In this document: piece after piece, positions 51,641 to 64,000 of the stretch
Layout of the letters: each line of letters opens with the position of its first letter
Numbering within the stretch: the first letter of the stretch is position 1
Origin: Leucoraja ocellata
Lineage: Eukaryota
Length of the DNA: 64,000 nt
NCBI GenBank assembly: GCA_036785375.1
Contig: JAWMAR010000059.1
Location: forward strand, 7,192,001 to 7,256,000
Direction of reading: 5' to 3'
The notes under the pieces: generated by a model
Told to the model about the DNA's origin: nothing
Database searches by the model: none
The model's input: the letters and a program-made list of their open reading frames with translations, nothing else
Translations under genes and position numbers: made by a program

Positions 51641-51900
51641 TGTGCATACCTGACATGTGATCGAAACAAGGGCAGGTGGGACTACATTATCCGCGGCAAC
51701 TTGCTTGGCATGAGCAAGTTGGGCCAAATCGCATGTTTCCGTACTGTATTGTCTCTGCCCTTCTATGCTGCTTTTTCTCTGCTTCTCTTTCTGTCTTCCC
51801 CTCATTTTCTCCACTTCCCTTGCTTTCTTCCTTCCCGTTCTCTTCGAGTCGGGACCCGGCTGCATAATCTAATACTGATATGGCATATTTCTTATTTCAG

Positions 51901-51927
51901 ACATCTTCCAACAAGAGGTTTGATTGA
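51901..51927 (+). CDS. TRBC: C-beta exon 4 (cytoplasmic tail TSSNKRFD*)
   Basis: cttatttcag acceptor, phase 0, short basic tail, TGA at 51925-51927. Confidence 0.9.
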   Translation, partial: TSSNKRFD

Positions 51928-52914
51928 GGGATCAAGGAGATTCAACAACAATGGTACAAAAGGAAGACATGCATAACATTCTGTATAAAATTATAGGGGT
52001 AATTACAGAAACATTGAACAGTACAACACGGCAATGGGTCCTTCTGCCCACAATGGCCATACCGAACACGGCACCAAGTTCATCTCTGCCTGCATGTGAT
52101 CCATATCCCTCCATTCACTGGACGTCTATGTGCCTATCTGATAGCTTCTTGACACCACTATTCTATCTGTCCACACCACCACTCCCGGCAGCTCGTTCCA
52201 GGCACCCAGCACCCTTTGTGTAAAAAAAAAAGCTTGCCACGCACATCTCCTTTAAATGTTGCCCATCTCACTTTAAAGCTATGCCCACTGGGGAAGGGGG
52301 AGGGGAGTTGTGACTGTCTACCCTATCTATGCCTCTCATGATTTTATAAAATTCTATCAATGTTCATGAAGTGTTCCACAGAAAACAATCCAAGTCTGTC
52401 CAACCGCTCCCTGTAGATGAAATTGGCTAATCCAGGAAGCATTCTGGGAAAACTCATCTGCACACTCTCCAAAGGCCTCCACATCTTTCCTCTAATGGGG
52501 GCAATTAGAACTGTACATAACACCTCAAATGCAGCCTGGCCAACGTTTTATAAAGCTGCGTCGAGGCTTCCTCATTCTTAGACTCAATGCCCAACTGATG
52601 AAGGCTCTCTTTATTACTCGATCTACTTGCGTTGCCACTTTCAGTTAATGCTGTTGAGGCTTGCCATTAACTTCAGATGTTTCCCTTAATTCGACCTCCC
52701 AAAGAGCACCACATATTTCTTAAATGTACACTCTATTTGCCATTTATTCAGCCATTTATGTCGCTGTGTTCAGAATGCACAGCTGGCAGAGCTGCTGCCT
52801 CACAGCGGCAAAGACCCGGGTTGATTCCTGACCCCGGGTGCTGTCGGTGTGCAGTTTACATGTTCTCCCCGTGACTGCGTAAGTTTCCTTCGAATGCTCC
52901 GATTTCCTCCCACA

Positions 52915-53940
52915 GCATGATTTTCTGATCCATGATTATATGAATGTTTCCTGATTTTCTCAATGTATAGTTCTGTGCTTTCATGCTCTTATGACTTTTT
53001 TACATTATAATTCCACGAATTTTATCAACGATTCCATGATTTCATAACATCAGGGTTGTATGGTTATTATTTTGTCATTTTGATCTGCGATTACAATTAT
53101 TTATCATGTTATAACTTCATCATTTCTGTAACGTGATGATTCCACAATATCTCCAATTTCAGAATTTCATGGCTCCATTATTTTTATCATTATGTGGTTT
53201 TATCATTTCATGATTACATTTTACATTTTTTTTCTGAATTCTTGATATCTTTGCTATTCATGATGTATTTCATTTCAAGATTGTATATCTTCATTGTTCC
53301 ATGATTTTCATGATTTCAATATTGTATAATATTATGACTCCCTGTCTCTAATTTCAGCATTATATGACTTTGTTTCTAGGATTATGTGACTGTATATTAT
53401 ATTGTAGTCACGATATCTCAGATTTCAAGGTTGTATAACCATGATTTCTAGTGATTTCCACCATGATAACCTGTGGTGAATCTGTGGAATTCTCTACCAC
53501 AGAAGGTAGTTGGTGTCGTTTAATTGGCTATATTTAAGAGGGAGTTAGATGTGGCCCTTGTGGCTAAAGGAATCAGGGACTATGGATGATGAGAGAATAC
53601 TGAGTTGGATGATCAGCCATGATCATATTGAATGACATTGCAGGTTCGAAGGGCCCAATGGCCTACCCCTGCACCTATTTTCTATGTTTCTATGGTTTTA
53701 TGATCTCACGATATCCCTGATTTCAGAGTTTCGTGATTCCACGATATTGATTTCAATATTGATCTCTGAATTTAATATTGCATAATATCATGATTCCACT
53801 TTAACCCTGATTTCAAGATTGTATAATGTTGTGATTCCATGATATCATTGATTTCAGCGTTGTATAACTATATGATTCCATGATATCTCTGATTTCAGGC
53901 ATGCATATCCACGATCTTGTGGTTTCAAGATTCCATGATC
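52915..53940. repeat. Degenerate AT-rich tandem repeat of about 40 bp, interrupted by a CR1 3' fragment (about 53470-53700)
   Basis: Recurrent gattccatgatatc...gatttca...ttgtataa units. Confidence 0.65.
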
Positions 53941-54154
53941 CCACCTTTCCTCGGATTTGCAATCGTTGTGGAATATTAATTGGCTTTGCCGCGTTAGTTA
54001 AGTGTGTTTGTTCATGACCCCGTTACAGCTTTGACTCTGGAATCAAATTGCTTGTAAATTATGTGGATTTTCCAAATCCAACTAACAACACTCTGAATTC
54101 GCCAGAAAATTTGCCGTTTGGCTCTTTTTTTCTGTACATGGTCATATCTTAAAC

Positions 54155-54160
54155 AATAAA
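54155..54160 (+). terminator. Candidate polyadenylation signal for TRBC
   Basis: AATAAA at the end of a unique-sequence block, followed by a GT-rich downstream element (gcgtgtttctcgtttactttgg). Confidence 0.5.
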
Positions 54161-56399
54161 GAGAGATTTACTGCAAATATATTGCGTGTTTCTCGTTTAC
54201 TTTGGTCGCACTTGTGTAAAACAGAAATCGCCAGGATTCAAAGGACCTGAGTTACAGAAAGTTCATAATAAGTTATAATAGTAGTATTAGTCAACCCTAT
54301 CACCTCCATTCAATCATGGTTGATCTATCTTTCCCTCTAACCCCCATTCTCCGGCTTTATCCCTATAACCCTTGATGTCTGTACTAATGAAGCATTTGTC
54401 AATCTCTGCCTTCAAAATACATATTGCCGGCCTCCCAACCCGATGTGGCAATTACATTCACAGGTTCACCACCCTCTGGCTAAATAAGTTCCTCCTCACC
54501 TCCTTTCTAAATGTACTTTATTTTATCCTGAGGCTAAGGCCTCTGGTCCGTGACTCTGCCACTGGTGGAAATATCATCTCCACATTCACTCTACCCAGGA
54601 GTTTCATTATTCAGTAAGATTCAATGTGGTCCTCTGTCATCCTTCTAAACTCAGGCGAGTACAAGCCCAGTGACCTCAAATGCTCATCATCTGTTAATAC
54701 AATAATTATTGTGATCTTTCTCATAAACTCATCTGGAAACTAGCCAATGCGGGAGAGGGAGACCTCTGCAAGGAGAGGCTGAGCAGGCAAGAACTGTATA
54801 CCTTGGACAGCTGTAGATGTTGTACATATGGATTCAGCAAGGCATTTGACAAGTTTCTGCCTCGCAGGCTGCTCCAGAAGCATAAATGGCATAGTAACCA
54901 TTTAGAGATATCTGAATGTGGAGACAATTGGCTTCATAGAAGGAAGGTTGTTTTTCAGGCTGTAGGCCTGAGACTGGTGGTGTGCTTCAGAGTTCGGTGC
55001 TGGGCCATTTGCTTTTTGTCATCTATATCAAGGATTCGGATGGGAACGTACAAGGCATGCTTAGCAAGTTTGCAGATACCACTGAAGTGTGTGGAATTGT
55101 GGATAGTGAAGATGGTTGTCAAAAATTGCAGCAGGATCTTGATCAGTAGAACAGGTGCGCTGAAGAATGGTTGCTGGAGTTCAATACAGAGCAATGTGAG
55201 ATGTTGAGTCTTGGGAAATCAAACAAGGGCAGGACCCACACAGTGAATGGTAAGGCTCCGGTGATTGTTGTTGAGCAGCGGGATCTGGGAGTACAGGTAA
55301 AAATGTCCACTCTTGAAAATGTTAGCTCATTACTCTGACTGATGTAGGCCAATATGCTGAAAACCGTTCTGCCCACTCTGTCTACCTGTGACGCCACTTT
55401 CATGGGAATATGTACCTGTACTCCCTCTGGTATGCACATAATGCTGGAGTAACTCAGCGGATCTGGCAGCATATCTGCAGAGAAGGAATGAGTGAAATGT
55501 CGGGTCCAGACCCTTCTTCAGACTGTCTGAAGAAGGGTCTTGCCCATCAGTCTGAAGAAGGGTCTTGACCCGAACCGTCACCTATTCCTTCTCCACAGAG
55601 ATGATGCCTGACCCGCTGAGTTATTCCAGCATTTTGTGTCTACCTTTGATTTAAACGAACATCTGCAGTTTTTTCCGACACTCCTAGATCCCTCTGTTTT
55701 ACAATGTTCTTCTATCGTTCACTGTGAAGACCCTGTCCTGGTTTATCAAAAGAACACTGTTGGGTAGCTTCACAACGAATTCTGGTAACAGTTCTGCCCA
55801 AGACCACAAGTAATCGCAGAGTTGTGAATGTAGCCTTGTCTGTCATAAAGGCCAACATCTGACAGTGTACAAATCACGCTGCCTCGGGCAAAGCAGTCGA
55901 CAAACACGTTCCACCCTAATCATCTATTGTATCCCCGCTCCCATCCGGCAGAAGTACAGAAGCTTGAAAGTTCGTACCACTGGAGTCAGGTACATCTTAT
56001 TCCCCGGTGTAATCAGGCTCTGAACAGTCATTCCACCAGCTAAGGTACTGTCCGATTCTACTCTACCGCTCTGTGGACATTATGCTTTGTCTCTGGAACA
56101 GAAGCGCTGCAATGCTGAAGACTATATCTTGCAATCTCTATCTTCCCCTTTGCTTCACATATTATTCTTCAGTTTGCCTTGATTGGATTTATGTAGAGTA
56201 TTGGCTGATCTGCTGGAAAGCAAATATTTTCACTGTACCTTGGTACTCGTGACAATAATGAACTATACACTAAAATTAAGATTCTCTAATCCGAACCTTT
56301 AAGACTATATTTGGACAATCGTGTTTAGTTTTGACCACACTGCTGCAGGAAGGATGTTGTTGAGCTGAAAAGAAGATAGCGAAGATTTACGAGGACTTT

Positions 56400-57410
56400 T
56401 AATCCATACAATCATAAGTAGTTTGGAGTAGAGGGTGGGCAGAGGGGGTGGGGTTAGGAAAATAAATGCAGTTCATAGTGAGGGTTGACATAGGATCAGA
56501 AGATGTTGAGTCATTGTGGATAGAGCTGAGCAATTATAAGGTTGAAAATACCTTAATGGGAGTTACTGTCTTTACAGTCGCCCAAACAGTAGCCGAGATA
56601 TAGGAAATAAGTTATAATAGGAGATAACATTTGCATTTAAAAAGGAAATGCTACAGTGGTCATGGAAGATTTTAATATGAAGGTAGACTGGGAAAAATCA
56701 GATTGGTACTGGACAACATGAACGTGAATTTGTAGACTGCCTCTTGGAATCTTAGAGCAGCTCGCAGTGGAGCCTACCAGGCAAAAGGCAATTTTGGTTT
56801 TAGTGTTATGTAATGAAGTAGATTTGATAAGGGAAGTCAAGGTAAATGAACCATTACGAGGCAGCGAAGCCAAAATTATAAGATGTAATATGTAATTTGA
56901 GAGGGCGAAGGTTAAATCGGATATGTCAGTATTGTAGATGGGCAAAGGGGACTACAAAGGCATGAAGGAAGAACTGGCCAAAGTTGACTGGAAAGGGAGC
57001 CTATCAGGGATGACGGTGGAACAGCAATGGCACGAATTTCTGAGAATAATCTAGAAGATGCAGGTTCTTTTAATTCCAAAGAGGCAGAAAGATTCTAGGG
57101 GGGAAAATAATTGGCTGTGGCTGACAAGATGTCAAGGACAATATACAACAAAATCATAAGGCGTTTTACATTGCAAAGGTTAATGGGAAGTCAGAGCATG
57201 TGGAAACTTTTAATGAACAACAGAGGGAAATTGAAATACAATACGGGAAGAGAAGATGAAATACGAAGGCCAATAATAAAAAAAGAAGATGGCAATAGTT
57301 TCTTCAGTTATATAAAGAGCAAGAAAGAGGCAACAGTTGACATTGGACTAATGGAGAATGATGCTGATGTAGTAATGGGGAATAAAGAAATGACCAAGTA
57401 GTTGACTAAT
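56400..57410 (+). mobile_element. CR1 endonuclease-region fragment
   Basis: Decayed ESLWIEL, VMEDFN and ELAKVDW-type sequence. Confidence 0.75.
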
Positions 57411-58394
57411 GTTTTACAAATTTGGACCGAAGGGCCTGTTTTTGTACTGCATGACTCTATTACTCGTATCCCCCTCCCCATCCCCCTCCCCTCCCCCACC
57501 CCTCTCCCTCTCCCTCTCCCTCTCCCGCCCTCGCTCAGTTGTCTTGTACAACTGTATAAGAGGGAAATGGAGAGAGAGAGACAGATAAAGAGGAGCGGAG
57601 GCACGAGGCTGAGAGGGAGGGATGGAATTGGGAAGAGAGTAGAGATAGAGAAATATGAGAGATGCAGATAGAGAAATTGAGCGGGGTGAAAAAAACAGTA
57701 GAAGAGGAGGCAGGCGAGAGAGATAGTGAGAGAGAGCTAGAGAGAGAAAGGCAGACACGCTATCTTTCTCCTCTCCCCATTGTCATTTATCAGAGAGAGT
57801 AGGGGAGATGCATGGAGGATAGACAGAGAGAGAAAGGTAAGAGAGAGAGGCTGAGACTCTCCTCTACCTATATCCTCTACATTGTTTTAGACGACTGTAT
57901 CAGAGGGAGAGTGAGATAGAGAGGGAGAGAGGGCGAGAGAGGGACAGGGGCACAGACTGTCTCCTCTCTATCTCTCCCCTCCCAATCGTATTGTACAACT
58001 GTATCAGAGGGAGTAGGAGAGAGGAAGAGAAAGAGATANNNNNNNNNNNNNNNNNNNNNNNNNNNNNNNNNNNNNNNNNNNNNNNNNNNNNNNNNNNNNN
58101 NNNNNNNNNNNNNNNNNNNNNNNNNNNNNNNNNNNNNNNNNNNNNNNNNNNNNNNNNNNNNNNNNNNNNNNNNNNNNNNNNNNNNNNNNNNNNNNNNNNN
58201 NNNNNNNNNNNNNNNNNNNGCACAGAGAGAAAGATGGAGTGACAGAGAGAGAGAGAGAGAGCAATGGACAAAGGGTCACTCTTTCTCTCTCTCCTCTGCT
58301 CATTATCTTGTACAATAGTAACAGCGGAAGAGGGAGAGACAGAAAGAGTGAGAGAAATAGGAGGGAGTGAGAGGAAATGTTGAGGGAGAGAGAG

Positions 58395-58810
58395 AGAAAC
58401 AGGTGCACACAGATCAGGGCACCAAAATCATCCCTCCCCCAACGACACACGAACATTCACATGTCGAGAGCTTGCTAGACCACAAGCCAGGCAGATATGG
58501 TGTGACCTACTTTCGACAGGCAGTTGTAGCGGAACAGACAAATGTTCTGTAGACCACATCCGCAAGAACTGCCGCCTCCTCCCAGGCACCTGCTACTTGT
58601 TGTTCTCCATTCCCCTGCATTTGCTCGATCTCTGTCAGCTTTTGTTTCCGTTTGACTCAGTATTTTCTGAAGCCACAGGATGCCAAATTGTACAAGTCAG
58701 AAAGAAACAAGTGATTTCTCCCCCTCCCCCCTGTCCGCCACCGTTGCAAAGTGGCGTCACGGGTAGTTGGCGAATGTCGGATAGCAAAATAATCTGGGGA
58801 TGCAGGCTAA
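58395..58810. promoter_or_regulatory. Candidate TCR beta 3' enhancer (E-beta-like)
   Basis: Unique island with ACCACATCC (reverse complement GGATGTGGT, an ETS-RUNX composite), a second ACCACA, GCCACAGGATG, several E-boxes and a CRE-like TGGCGTCA. Confidence 0.6.
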
Positions 58811-60749
58811 TATTTCCCTGAACATTGCATCACACATGGACACGGAGCGTTGTAGAGCCTAGGATCTAGGAGTGCAAGAACATAGTTTGCCGGAAAGTGG
58901 CATCACAGGAATATAGGGCGGTAGACCAGAGGGATGTAGGAGTTTTGCTACATTGTTTCCTGAAATTGCGTCACAGGTGTACAGAGAGTGTTGTAGAGCC
59001 GTGGGATATGGGACAGCAGGTACATAGTTTCCTGAAAGTGGGATCATATGTAGACGGGGAATGTTGTGGAGCAGAGTGATCAAGGAGTGCGGGAAGATAG
59101 TTCCCTGAATGTGCCATCACAGATAGATAGTGTGGTCAAGAAGACTTCAGGCATATTGGCGTTCATTAGTTAGGGTATTGAATATATAAGTTACAGTTGT
59201 TACAGTTACATCCTGTTACAGTTGTTTAATAAGTTGGCGAGGTCGACCGTTCAGTGTTGGTAGCCCTGCTTCATGAAGGATGTGGTCAAGCTGGAAAGGG
59301 TGCAGAGTAATGAACGAGGTTTTTGCCAGGACTCGAGGGCCTGAGGTACAGGATGAAGATGTGCATGCTGGATGAATTTAGTTGGAAAGGCATGGATTGG
59401 AGGATTATGGATCACACAAAGGCAGAGTAGATTAGTTTAATTTGGCATCAAATGTAAGTTTACAAAATTACGAGCGGTGTAGATAGGGTAGATAGTCAGT
59501 ACCTTTCTCCCCCTCAAGGTGGAAATGTCAAAGACTAAATGGCATTGCTTCCGAATTAGTACTCTTGAAAAAGGAGACTTCGAGGAATTACCAGCAACAT
59601 GTGAAACATCCGACCCAACACAGGAGCAGCCTCTTGTAGTCTGCCGAACACGATATCCTCTGCCTGTACTTGGTCCATACCCCTCCATTCCTTCATATCC
59701 ATCTCAACGCCATTTAATCGGCGCAATTGTATCTGCCTCGACATCCACCCCTGGCAGCGCGTTCCCGGCCCCCATCACCTCTGTGTATAAAAATAAGGCC
59801 TCTGCTTCCTCAGAAGGCTTAGGAAGTTCGGTATATCCACAACAATTCTCACCAACTTCTACAGATGCACCATAGAAAGCAGTTTATCAGGATGCATCAC
59901 AGCTGGGTTTGGGAACAGCTCCATCCAATACCACAATGAATTGCAGTGAATTGTGGACGAAGCCCGGACCGTCATACAAACCAACCACCCTTCTATAGAC
60001 TACAGTTATACCTTACGCTGCCTCGGCAAGGCCAGTAGCATAATCATATTGCACCGTGGGCATCCCCTTTTAGCCCCACTCCCATCAGGCAAAAGGTATA
60101 GAAAACGCGCACCACCAGATTCAGGAGCAGTTTCTTCCCAGTTGTTATCAGGCAACTGAATCATCCTACCACAACCAGCGAGGAGTGCTGAACTAATATC
60201 TACCTCTTTGATGACCCTCGGACTATCCTTGATCGGGCTTTGCGGGTTTACCTTGCACTAAATGTTATTCCCTCATCATGTATCTTTGCCCAGTAAATGG
60301 ATCGATTGTAATCATGTATTGTATTTCTGCTGACTGGTTAGCGCGCAACAAAAGTTGTTCACAGTACATGACAATAAACTAAACTGAAACGAAATGGCCC
60401 CGCACATCACTTTTAAACTATGCCTCTCTCACGTTAAAGCAATGCCTTATTGTTTTAACATTTCCACCCTGGGGGCCTTTCTTACTACCAACTTTATCTA
60501 TGCCTCGTAATTGTATTTACTTTTCTCAGGTCTCAACCACTGATGTCCCAAAGAAAACCACCCAAGTCTGTCCAACCTCACTTTGTCATATGAATTGATG
60601 TGCTATAATGCTGATCTCTATTCCGCAATGTATCTTCCCCATTGCGCTACATATTGTACTTGAGTTTGAACTGGTTGCTATTATGTAGTGAATAGAGCCC
60701 TTGCACGGCAGGCGACGTCTCGACCCCTGACCCGTACGGTTGCTACACA

Positions 60750-62040
60750 ACGCCTTTTGGAGCACAAGCGGCGAACTAAAGGTAAGCACATACTATGGCT
60801 GCTAGTACAGCGGGCCCGCCTTCTGTCCCAGCCTCCGTTCAATTGTCGCAGTATACTTCAAATCTAGCAACTGAGGACTACGCACAATATGCCAAAAAGT
60901 CCCCTTGATTGGCATTGACCCTTACTTAGAGCCTGAAGCTGAGAAATCCCGTGACATCACTGAACTGCCAGAATTGAATTCCATGGACATTATGGCATAC
61001 CTCATCTCAACGCCTAGTCCATGCACAGCAAAACATTTCCAGGCGCACAAGACATCAGAGGCTTACAATCAGTTTGCAAATGGTTAGTTACACAACACTA
61101 GTGTATATATCCCAAATAATCATCCACATTTACGAGTGGTGTTTGGAAATATAAGCGTTCGATCATTTGTTTCGGCATTACTTATTGGAAGGTATTTTAA
61201 CACTTTTTCTTTCTCTTTATTTGCAATTATCCTCGTACAACAGGTTCTGCATTCGCAGGCTGTAGGCGTGACTTCTAATTCATTGATGGCTTGGGATATT
61301 GGGGCAAATGGCCAGATATACCGTGCCCACTGTCATTGCAAGGCAGGCCGAATTCAGGTTCTCCTGCAATTACTCTGAACAAATCGGATTGCGACTCTGT
61401 GCCGATATCGCACCGAGGCAACAAGATGGGGCCGTTATCATGAACAAGTTTACGAGGATTATATGTGTACTAAATATTCCGGTTTCACTCAGGACTGAAG
61501 GGCCGAATGGCCTACTCTTGCACCGATTTTATATGTATCTATGTATCTATGACTGATCATAAAACTAAAGGACCCTCATTTGGGTGCAGCAACGGATGGA
61601 CTGGTTCATTGTGCTGAGCATAGTTGCGAAGATAAGCGTTTCGGTATTTGTGAAATTAAATGTCCGTTCTGAAAGAAGGACATGTCTTTAATGTACATGG
61701 ACAAACAGTTTTGTCTTCAGGATGTGAATGATGACCTTCATCTATCCAAGGAGCATGCTTACTACTCCCAGGTCCAGGCCTAAATAATTGCCTCGGAGAG
61801 ATCGTTTTGCGATTTGTGGTTCGGACCAATGACGACGTCCGTCCCCATATCGAGCGTATAGTGTGTAATCGTACTTTTTAGACATATGCAGTAACTGCTG
61901 CCACTCACTTGTTAAATGGCGTGCAACACATGCGTGTTAGTAAGCATTTACCAGTCGTCCCAAAAATATGTCAGAGAATGTCCTGGAGACCGATGACCAG
62001 GATGAACAAAAATGGTGCTACCGTCAAGAGCGTGAAAGAG
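60750..62040 (+). mobile_element. Decayed DNA-transposon accessory gene (SWIM finger + YqaJ/lambda-exonuclease-like; ISL2EU-type)
   Basis: GIDPY...SEAYNQFANG, VLHSQ...AHCHCKAG (SWIM-like) and YYSQVQ...FCD (YqaJ-like); stops and an apparent intron ending caacag at about 61243. Confidence 0.6.
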
Positions 62041-64000
62041 TAGGAGGCAACTGTGGCTGACAAAATGTTAGGGATAGAATAAAACTAAAATAAAAGGTAT
62101 AACACAGCAAAGAGTAGCCGAAAGCCAGGGGATTGGGAAATTTTCATGGGACAACAGAAGGCAACAAAACGGGCAACACGGGCTGAAAAGATGAAATACG
62201 AGGGGAAGCTGGCCAGGAATATAAATAAGGACAGTAAAGGCTTATTTAGATATGTTAAGGGAAATAGAATAGCAAAGTCAAATGTTGGTCCCTTTAACGC
62301 AGACACGGGTGAAATTATTATGGGGAACAAGGAAATGGCAGAAGAGTTGAACAGCTATTTGAACATTTTTTCTTTCTCTTTATTTTCAATTATCCTCGTA
62401 CAACGGGATAACTGAAAAATAATTATCAATTATCTGTCTTCACTAAGAAAGACACAAAACAATACCCCAGAAGTACTAGAGAACAGAGGATCTAAGGGGG
62501 TAGAGGAGCTGAAATAAATTTTCATTAGGCGAGAAATGGCATTGGGTAGGCTAATGGGACTGAAGGATGATAAATCTCCTGGGCCTGATGGTCTGCATCT
62601 CAGGGTCATTTGGATGTTGGCTCTAGAAATAGTGGACGCATTGGTGATCATTTTCCAATGTTCAATAGATTCAGGGTCAGTTCTTATGGATTGGAGGATA
62701 GCTAATGTTATCCCACTTTTCAAGAAAGGAGCGAGAGAGAAAATGGGAAATTACAGTCCAGTTAGCCTGACTTCGGTTGTGGGAAAGATGCTGGAGTCAA
62801 TTACTAAAGAAGTAATAATAAGGCATTTGGATAGCAGGAAAGGTATGTCCAAGTCAGCATGGATTTTTGAAAGCAAAATCATTCTTGCCTAATCTTCTGG
62901 AATTTTTTGAGGATGTGACAAGTAAAATGGTTGAAGGGGAGCCAGTGGATGTAGTGTATCTAGATTTACAAAAAGCCTTTGATAAGGTCCCGCACGGGAG
63001 AGTGGTGACCGACATTAGGCCACATGGTATTGGGAGTAGGGTGTTGACATGGATAGAAAATTGGTTGAGCGACAGGAAGCAAATTGTACTAGTGAAAGGG
63101 TCCTTTTCAGAAGGGCAGACAGTGCCGAGTGGAAATCCGCAAGGCTCGGTGTTGGGGCCGCAACTGTTTACCATATATATATTAATGAGTTGGAAGAGGG
63201 AATTAGGAGAAACACGAGTAAGTTTGCGGATGACACAAAGCTGTGTGGCAGTGTGAACTGTGAAGAGGATGTTAGGACGTTGCAGGGTGACCTGGGCAGG
63301 TTGAGTGATTGGGCAGATGCGTGGCAGATGCAGTATAATATAGATACATGTGAGGTTACCCACTTTGGTGGCAAAAACAAGGGGGCAGATTTTTATTTCA
63401 ATGGGGTTAGTTTAGGTAAGGGGGTGGTGCAGCGAGACCTGGGTGTCCGTGTACACCGGTCACTGAAAGTTCGCTTACTGGTACAGCAGGCAGTGAAGGA
63501 AGCTAATGGAATGTTGTCCTTCATAACAAGAGGATTTCAGTATAGGAGTATAGACGTTCTTGTGCAGTTGTATAGGGCTCTAGTAAGAACACATCTGAAG
63601 TATTGTGTACAGTTTTGGTCTCATAATTTGAGGACATATTTGTGATTGAGGCAGTGCAGCGTTGGTTCACGAGATTGGTGCCTGGGTTGGCAGGACTGTC
63701 ATATGATGAAAGATTGAAAATACTAGGCTTGTATTTACTGGAATTTAGACGGATGAGGGGTAGGGAGGTCTTATAGAAGCATGAAAAATTATAAAAGGAC
63801 TGGCAGGCCTGATGCAGGAATGTTTTCCCCAGTGTTGGACGTGTCGAGAACCAGGGGCTACAGTCGTAGAATCAAGGGGAGGACATTTAGGACTGTGGTG
63901 AGAAAACCCGTTTTCACCCAGAGAGTTGTGAATTTGTGCCATTCCATGCCAGAGAGGGCAGTGGAGGCCAAATCACGGGGTGGATCACTGAGTTAGAGAG
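62040..64000 (+). mobile_element. CR1 LINE ORF2 fragment running off the window end
   Basis: KSPGPDGLH, GNYSPVSLTSVVGK, AFDKVPH and KFADDTK motifs. Confidence 0.9.

Overview
Vertebrate genomic DNA, almost certainly from a cartilaginous fish (skate/ray-like, inferred from the TCR-beta C-region sequence and the CR1/V-SINE/Penelope repeat landscape), with nine N-gap regions. The window holds part of a T-cell receptor beta (TRB) locus embedded in dense retroelement debris. From left to right: two minus-strand V genes ending in 'CAW' (one intact with a near-consensus 23-RSS, one pseudogene) on duplicated genomic units; a plus-strand frameshifted V of another family with a good 23-RSS; a satellite-rich composite repeat; a single recognisable J (SSNYDYTFGKGTKLVIV) with a degenerate nonamer; and a complete four-exon C-beta gene (37901-51927). 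No D segment is visible, and it may lie in a gap. The most notable observations are the inverted V genes upstream of a one-J/one-C unit (possibly a boundary between tandem TRB cassettes), a relic second transmembrane exon plus a cryptic stop-containing exon in C intron 1, and a RUNX/ETS/E-box cluster about 6.5 kb 3' of C that resembles the mammalian E-beta enhancer. Most long ORFs in the supplied track are decayed LINE fragments.
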